DNA of 50,772 nucleotides. Source: Candidatus Rifleibacteriota bacterium (lineage in GTDB: Bacteria; Muiribacteriota; Ozemobacteria; Ozemobacterales; Ozemobacteraceae). Made by a program: the position numbers and the translations under genes. Every line of letters begins with the position of its first letter. Position 1 is the first letter of the stretch. The notes below the pieces were generated by a model, which saw only the letters and a program-made list of their open reading frames with translations, had not been told where the DNA came from and did not search any database. Of this stretch, positions 45,467 through 50,772 are shown in pieces. The stretch is taken from the NCBI GenBank assembly GCA_051747585.1, contig JBNJGH010000010.1, positions 1 to 50,772 on the forward strand. Direction: 5' to 3'.

Positions 45467-46480
45467 ATGCCTCAACTTAGAAAAGACCCAGTTACAAAAA
45501 GATGGGTTATTATCCTTCACGAAGAAGCAAAATCGCCAGAAGATTTTGAAGTGGAGAGTCCCACCACACACAGCAACAAATGCCCTTTCTGCCCGGGCAA
45601 TGAAGATATTACACCCAGCGAAGTAATGTCCTATAGAGAACCAGACTCACTTCCCAACCAGGAAGGATGGGAAGTAAGAGTTATCCCGAACAAATTCCCT
45701 GCCCTACAGATAGAAGGGGATCTAGATCGCACCGGCCTTGGCTTATACGACATGATGAATGGCGTAGGTGCCCATGAAGTCATTATAGAATCACCAGGGC
45801 ATACCGATGGATTTCACAACTATAGCCGCGAGCAGATCAGCAGAATTATAAAGACCTATGCCGACCGCTATCGAGATTTAAAAAGAGACCGAAGATTCAG
45901 ATATATTTTAATATTTAAAAATCATGGATCAGCCGCAGGTGCAAGCCTGGACCACCCTCATTCTCAGCTAATTGCGACTCCTATTATTCCCAAAAGAGCT
46001 ATGGAAGAAGTAGAAGGCGCAAAAAGATACTATTACTACAAAGAAAGATGCGTTTTTTGTGATATTATTCGCCAGGAACTGACATCTGTCGAGCGCATCA
46101 TACACGAGAACGAACAATTTGTAGCCTTTTCACCTTTTGCCTCCAGGTTTCCTTTTGAAACCTGGATAGCTCCCAAAGATCACAAAGATTCTTTTGGTGA
46201 CATAGATCCCAGTGAAATCGAAGGCCTTGCAGATATCATGCATGGTACCTTGAGGCGGCTTATAAACACCCTCGGGAACCCACCATTCAACTATGTTATT
46301 CACACATCTCCCTGCGGTGAACATTGTTCAGAATATTATCACTGGCATATCGAAATCATGCCAAGATTAACAAAGGTTGCCGGCTTTGAATGGGGCTCCG
46401 GCTTTTATGTAAATCCGGTTCCACCTGAAAAAGCGACCGCCTATTTGCTGAAAAACGGCGCCAGAAAAGCACAGGAGTAG
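45467..46480 (+). CDS. galT: GalT-family nucleotidyltransferase, paralog 1
   Basis: MPQLRKDP, CPFCPGNE, VIPNKFPAL, GAHEVIIE, GASLDHPHSQ. ATG 45467 chosen from the RBS, the promoter position and the paralog alignment. Confidence 0.9.
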   Translation: MPQLRKDPVTKRWVIILHEEAKSPEDFEVESPTTHSNKCPFCPGNEDITPSEVMSYREPDSLPNQEGWEVRVIPNKFPALQIEGDLDRTGLGLYDMMNGVGAHEVIIESPGHTDGFHNYSREQISRIIKTYADRYRDLKRDRRFRYILIFKNHGSAAGASLDHPHSQLIATPIIPKRAMEEVEGAKRYYYYKERCVFCDIIRQELTSVERIIHENEQFVAFSPFASRFPFETWIAPKDHKDSFGDIDPSEIEGLADIMHGTLRRLINTLGNPPFNYVIHTSPCGEHCSEYYHWHIEIMPRLTKVAGFEWGSGFYVNPVPPEKATAYLLKNGARKAQE

Positions 46481-46485
46481 ATACA

Positions 46486-47487
46486 GTGCCACAATTAAGA
46501 AAAGATCCAGTATTGAAACAATGGGTAATCATTTCGCCCGAAAGAGGAAAGCGTCCGTCAGACTTCAAAAAAGCTCAACCCGTTGTTGATGATCCTGAAA
46601 CCTGCCCGTTCTGTGGAGGTCATGAGCATATGACACCTGATGAGACGTTGTCTTTCAGAAAGGCAGGCACCGATGCCAACAGCAAGGGCTGGTGGGTCAG
46701 AATAATTCCCGACCGCACTCCAATTCTAAACCCTGAAGGTGATTCAGGCAGAGAAGGCATTGGCATGTTTGATGCCATGAATTCTATCGGCATTCACGAA
46801 GTCGTGGTTGAAACCCCTGAACATCAGGTTGCACTGCAGGATGCTACCCCTGAACAGGTAAGAGAGGTGATCTGGGCTTATAAGCAACGTCTTATAGAAA
46901 TAAAGAAAAACCCACGCTTTAAACATTTCATGATTGTCAAAAACAGTGGTAAGGGGGTTTCGAACTTTTCTCACTCCCATTCGCATGTTGTTGCAACCCC
47001 TATTATTCCCAAGCGTATTGAAGAAGAGCTCGAAGGCGCAAGAGAATACTTTCATTATCATGATCGCTGTCTTTTTTGTGATGTTGTCCGTCAGGAAAGC
47101 AAAGAAGGCTCAAGGGTAGTATATGAAAACTCTGAATTCATCGTTTTTTGCCCTTTTGCAGCCAGATTTCCCTTCGAAATGGAAATCACTCCCAAAAAGC
47201 ACATGCCGTTTTTTGAGTTAATCGAAAATAATCTGGTAACAAGCCTGGGCAAAGCTTTGCAAACAGCTTTGAAGAAGATGCAGAAATTGTTGCCCGGACA
47301 ACCTTTTAATTACGTTTTTCACACCTCCCCCTGCTCTGACTCTTATAAAGACTTTTATCACTGGCACATCGAAATTATTCCCAAGCTGACCAAAGTAGCG
47401 GGATTTGAATGGGGTTCGGGTTTTTATATAAATCCTACCCCACCAGAAGAAGCGGCCGAGATGTTGCGCAAAACAAAAATTGATTAA
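46486..47487 (+). CDS. GalT-family protein, paralog 2 (variant active site)
   Basis: MPQLRKDP, CPFCGGHE, GIHEVVVE, FSHSHSH, HWHIEI, AGFEWGSG. Confidence 0.88.
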   Translation: MPQLRKDPVLKQWVIISPERGKRPSDFKKAQPVVDDPETCPFCGGHEHMTPDETLSFRKAGTDANSKGWWVRIIPDRTPILNPEGDSGREGIGMFDAMNSIGIHEVVVETPEHQVALQDATPEQVREVIWAYKQRLIEIKKNPRFKHFMIVKNSGKGVSNFSHSHSHVVATPIIPKRIEEELEGAREYFHYHDRCLFCDVVRQESKEGSRVVYENSEFIVFCPFAARFPFEMEITPKKHMPFFELIENNLVTSLGKALQTALKKMQKLLPGQPFNYVFHTSPCSDSYKDFYHWHIEIIPKLTKVAGFEWGSGFYINPTPPEEAAEMLRKTKID

Positions 47488-47542
47488 TTTTTTTCAGGCA
47501 ACAATTCTTGATATTTCCAAAAAATTATTTGAAAGATAAAAT

Positions 47543-48241
47543 GTGACGAATAACAAAAATAATTCAAAGACCCAGATAAAGCTGGAATTAACCACCCCTC
47601 TGGAAAACGCTTTCAAAAAAGGGATTTTATTGGGAATATTGTTATTTATAACCGGAATAAGTGCAGCACCAGCATTACCGAGCCCCGTCTTGATTATTTT
47701 TGCCGGAATAGTAATATTTTTACTTTCGCTATTTTTTTATTTTTTAACAGACAATTATTATTATCTTGATATTCCAGGGCAACAACTTGTTTACAAATTT
47801 AGATTTCTGTTTTTCCCTGGAAAAAAAATAATTGCCGATTTTTCTGAAATTGGTTCGGTGGGAATAAGATCATATAAAGTCAAACGCAACACTCCAGAGG
47901 GCCCCGGACATTTGGCCACCTCAATAACACTCCGCTATTATCAGATAGTTATAGTCCTTAACAACATGAAGCTTCTGAATGTCAGTGATTTTGTAAATTC
48001 TAATTATAACTTTATTGAAAAAAAAGCCCGCCAGATCGCTTTAACAACTGGCTCTACTTATGTTCAAGGCCGCGAAAATGCTGAAACTGATGTCGAAGTG
48101 TTCACTAACCATGACGGAGAAGCCCTTCTTAAGGTTGTACCGCTAAGTTTTTTCAAAAAACACCAACAAAAATTTATATTCTTGATCGTCTATATTGCTA
48201 CTTTGACACTTTTAATTGGACTTGGTCTTGTATTAGTTTAG
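47543..48241 (+). CDS. Hypothetical membrane protein (2 N-terminal TM, soluble domain, C-terminal TM)
   Basis: AT-rich 232-aa ORF with three hydrophobic helices. Start uncertain. Confidence 0.6.
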   Translation: MTNNKNNSKTQIKLELTTPLENAFKKGILLGILLFITGISAAPALPSPVLIIFAGIVIFLLSLFFYFLTDNYYYLDIPGQQLVYKFRFLFFPGKKIIADFSEIGSVGIRSYKVKRNTPEGPGHLATSITLRYYQIVIVLNNMKLLNVSDFVNSNYNFIEKKARQIALTTGSTYVQGRENAETDVEVFTNHDGEALLKVVPLSFFKKHQQKFIFLIVYIATLTLLIGLGLVLV

Positions 48242-48273
48242 ATAAAAGATTGGATTTTAATTAGAACCGAGTA

Positions 48274-48302
48274 TTGACTTCCCCACCTTTTTATGATATT
48301 TT
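48274..48302 (+). promoter_or_regulatory. tRNA promoter
   Basis: TTGACT-N17-TATTTT with TG extension, 14 nt upstream of the tRNA. Confidence 0.55.
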
Positions 48303-48316
48303 ACTATTTACCAAAT

Positions 48317-48389
48317 GGGGCTGTGGCGCAGTTGGGAGCGCGTTTGAATGGCATTCAAAAGGTCGTCGGTTCGATCCCGATCAGCTCCA
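48317..48389 (+). tRNA. tRNA-Ala (anticodon GGC), CCA not fully encoded
   Basis: Acceptor GGGGCTG/CAGCTCC with G3.U70, anticodon arm TTTGA-ATGGCAT-TCAAA, T-arm GTCGG-TTCGATC-CCGAT, discriminator A followed by CCG. Confidence 0.97.
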
Positions 48390-48415
48390 CCGAAAGGCTC
48401 GCAGAGCCAAAAACG

Positions 48416-48450
48416 AAAAACCCGCTGAAAAAGCGGGTTTTTTATTTTTT
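48416..48450. terminator. Terminator after tRNA-Ala (potentially bidirectional)
   Basis: AAAAACCCGCT-GAAAA-AGCGGGTTTTTTATTTTTT. Confidence 0.85.
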
Positions 48451-48548
48451 GGCTGTTTTCAATCAATATTCTAATCTATAAATATTTTGGTTCTGCTGAT
48501 TTTCTAAGCCTTTAAGATATGCACGATTCAGGATTTTAGATTTTCTAC

Positions 48549-49427
48549 TTAAAAAGTATGATTAACCAATTTTTGTAAAGCCTTCAGATCCATTTGATTA
48601 AGAGTATTTAAAGCTCTCTGCTTTTCGGCTGCTACCTCTACGATCATTGACTTTACAATTGTGTGAATCTGATTTGAATCTTTGAAAAAGATCATCTCTT
48701 TACTCTGTTCATTTTCTTTGAATTGCCAGTTATCGCCGAGGAAAACATAAGTACTACCTTCGAGCCACTTTTCATTTACCATACGCCCATTTTCTACTCG
48801 ATAAAAACGCATGCCATTTTCAAGTTTACCTGTTTGTGGCTGCTTGGCAAATCTCTGCAGCAACCTATTTACCGCGATCTTAACTTTCAACCGGGCGTCA
48901 CGAGGAGCATGCTCTTTAATAATATTTTCCAGTTTCTGCTTTGAAGGCGCAATCTCATTTTCAATTTTTTCTGAGAGTTTTTCAGCTTCTTTTTGCAGCC
49001 GGGCAATTTCAGTAAAATCTTTAGCTTCAGCCGCCGCTCCCATTTTTTTTGCAAGCTCCTCAAGGGCTTTAGTTCTATTAGAATCAACAGCCTGACTCAT
49101 ATTTGTCATACTGCCTGCCATTTTTTCCTGTGCCTTTTTACCTGCTGCTATAATCTTCTCCTTATCCTGCCATGACACTCGAAAAAAATAAGTAAGCAAA
49201 GATTTTTCACTACCAACAGAAATATGTTTGCTTTGTTTCTTGCGGGGACTTCTTTTTTGGTGCCAGTTTGTGTTGATTGTAGAAACAGCTTTATTACAAG
49301 CCTGAATTACCTTCTGATAAAAATTTTTCTCAGCCGGGGTTTTGGTTCTTACTTCGGCATCGGCGAATAAAAGACATTGAGCAAATGTGACCATCAGAAA
49401 GAGAGTTATGAGTTTTACCGTTTTCAT
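48549..49427 (-). CDS. Secreted hypothetical protein with a central helical/coiled-coil insert
   Basis: Signal peptide MKTVKLITLFLMVTFAQCLLFA. 292-aa ORF starting 4 nt after the upstream stop. Confidence 0.65.
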   Translation of the reverse strand: MKTVKLITLFLMVTFAQCLLFADAEVRTKTPAEKNFYQKVIQACNKAVSTINTNWHQKRSPRKKQSKHISVGSEKSLLTYFFRVSWQDKEKIIAAGKKAQEKMAGSMTNMSQAVDSNRTKALEELAKKMGAAAEAKDFTEIARLQKEAEKLSEKIENEIAPSKQKLENIIKEHAPRDARLKVKIAVNRLLQRFAKQPQTGKLENGMRFYRVENGRMVNEKWLEGSTYVFLGDNWQFKENEQSKEMIFFKDSNQIHTIVKSMIVEVAAEKQRALNTLNQMDLKALQKLVNHTF

Positions 49428-49431
49428 AAAT

Positions 49432-50772
49432 TTACTTTCCTATGGTCAAGGTAACGGTTGAGTTTATATCAACCATTGTTCCCGATAAGGGATTTTGCTT
49501 TTTAACTTTGCCGAAAGTTTTTCCGACGCAATTTGCCTTCAGACTCATTTTTTTCAAGACATTTTTTGCGGCAAGCTTTCTTTTGCCAATTAAATTGGGA
49601 ATCTTGATTTGTGGATGCTTTTTTTTGGGTTCTTTTATTTTTTCTGGTTCAGGGGTCTCAACTGCAGCTTGCTGAGCCGAAGTTTCAAACGACTCTCCTT
49701 CTTTTTGTGCCTGGGCTGCCAAAGATGCTTCATGTTTTATTTTAAAATCCGGAATATTAGAAGGTGTTGTGCTTCTGGTAGTCTTGTTAACTTTATGAGT
49801 TCTAATATTTAAAGGTTTTACATCGCCGAGAATGTTATCGGGTTTTGAGACTTGCTCTTTAGGGAATTCGCCGGAATATTTTACCAGCTCGATACGATTG
49901 TTTTTTTCGGGGTTTATTCCGCTTACCGGCGATAGCTGACCGGTCCCTACAGCCTTAAGCCTCTCAGCTGGAAACCCAAATTCTTTTACGACCCTATCAA
50001 CCACAGCTTGTGCACGCTTTTGCGAAAGCTGCTGATTTTGCTTAAAATCTGCAAGTTCATTACAATGGCCGACAACCAGAAATTTAACCCCCGGGTTTTC
50101 TTTCAGCATTTTGCCGATTTCCTGCAAAGTTTTATCAGGCGTTTTTGTGATTTTTTCACTTTTCGAAGAAAATTCTATTTGGGCAAGATTAATTTTTCCT
50201 TCTTTATCAAGTTTTGCCTTAAGTTGCGCTGATTCAGGCGGTTTAATGCTTTTTAAAGTTTTAGGCTCAATTACATCAATACGATATAGCGGCACTTTCT
50301 CCCATCCATGAGTTGCAAAAAGTGAAACATAAACGTTTCCCTTTTGAGCTGCCAGGTAATAAGAAAACTCTCTTTTTCCTTTTGTTAAAGGGATGGATTG
50401 TCCAAAATTTCTGTCGATCTGATAGGGATTTAGCCGATAAAGACGTCCGGCAAAATCATCTTTGCATTCATCTTTTTTACATTCAAAAAGCACTTTAAAA
50501 CCATCATTAACCCATTTATCCTTCATGAGAGTAAAAATTTCGAAGGTAGAATTTTCTTTTGTTCCCCTGTAGGTCGTCATGCAAAGCTTTCCAACAAAAT
50601 CTTCAACTTTTTCTATTTTCTTTTCTTTTACGACCCCTAAAGCGAGCTTATACTCTCCAAAGTTGGTATTCTGTTGATGGCGAATAACGCTTCCTTCAAG
50701 TGGTTCGACCAAGGGGTGATTTTTAAATTCATTGCCTGCGAAAACAGTAGCGGCGAAAATAAGGAAAGAAAA
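49432..50772 (-). CDS. OmpA-family peptidoglycan-binding protein with a DUF4892-like N-terminus and a C-terminal PASTA domain (5'-truncated)
   Basis: The frame stays open beyond 50712 to the window edge (FSFLIFAATVFA-GNEFKNHPLV, signal peptide). OmpA motif VVGHCN...NQQLSQKRAQAV...GTGQLSPV. PASTA IPNLIG...A...L.....V..QNP..GT.V..NS.V.L.IG. Confidence 0.8.
   Translation of the reverse strand, partial: FSFLIFAATVFAGNEFKNHPLVEPLEGSVIRHQQNTNFGEYKLALGVVKEKKIEKVEDFVGKLCMTTYRGTKENSTFEIFTLMKDKWVNDGFKVLFECKKDECKDDFAGRLYRLNPYQIDRNFGQSIPLTKGKREFSYYLAAQKGNVYVSLFATHGWEKVPLYRIDVIEPKTLKSIKPPESAQLKAKLDKEGKINLAQIEFSSKSEKITKTPDKTLQEIGKMLKENPGVKFLVVGHCNELADFKQNQQLSQKRAQAVVDRVVKEFGFPAERLKAVGTGQLSPVSGINPEKNNRIELVKYSGEFPKEQVSKPDNILGDVKPLNIRTHKVNKTTRSTTPSNIPDFKIKHEASLAAQAQKEGESFETSAQQAAVETPEPEKIKEPKKKHPQIKIPNLIGKRKLAAKNVLKKMSLKANCVGKTFGKVKKQNPLSGTMVDINSTVTLTIGK

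Noticed and set aside
48274..48481. Two short + strand ORFs
   Set aside because: They overlap the tRNA-Ala gene and its terminator.
48317..50772. tRNA-Ala as the attachment site of a genomic island
   Set aside because: No integrase and no duplicated tRNA 3' end were seen in the window. This cannot be excluded beyond the edge.

Overview
A bacterial chromosomal window (about 38-40% GC by eye, standard genetic code) from an anaerobic, probably diderm organism. Gene content and Firmicutes-like synteny suggest a lineage such as Ca. Riflebacteria, but this is inference. From left to right it holds: (i) a 2-oxoacid:ferredoxin oxidoreductase (VOR-like) operon with two gamma subunits, preceded by a P-loop ATPase, an isochorismatase-family protein and a CBM-like protein; (ii) a ferritin-like gene enclosed by 38-bp inverted REP-like repeats; (iii) a glmM-led operon with a TPR lipoprotein, three minor pilins (PilV/W/X-like), an FG-GAP beta-propeller and a TPR protein; (iv) a V/A-type ATPase operon (E-DUF2764-A-B-D-I-K); (v) an Ig-like/SLH envelope protein and an AsmA-like protein; (vi) a sigma54-promoter operon (PTS EIIA, degenerate RsbW-like protein, ndk) next to an NtrC-family regulator and a membrane-anchored pseudo-cyclase/HEAT protein; (vii) the housekeeping run ffh-rpsP-khpA-rimM-trmD-rplS-lepB-rbgA-phoH-pgpH-ybeY-CNNM-DUF502-DUF3048-era; (viii) a stand-alone poly-Asp/Glu protein converging on a basic putative Zn/wHTH protein; (ix) a nested palindromic repeat element, tandem GalT-like genes, tRNA-Ala(GGC) and an OmpA/PASTA protein. 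No CRISPR array, transposase, integrase or prophage genes were recognised. The best candidates for an undescribed system are the sigma54/EIIA/pseudo-enzyme signalling module (23.9-28.6 kb), the polyacidic protein locus (42.8-44.0 kb) and the minor pilin/FG-GAP tip cluster. All family assignments come from motifs read by eye, not from database searches.
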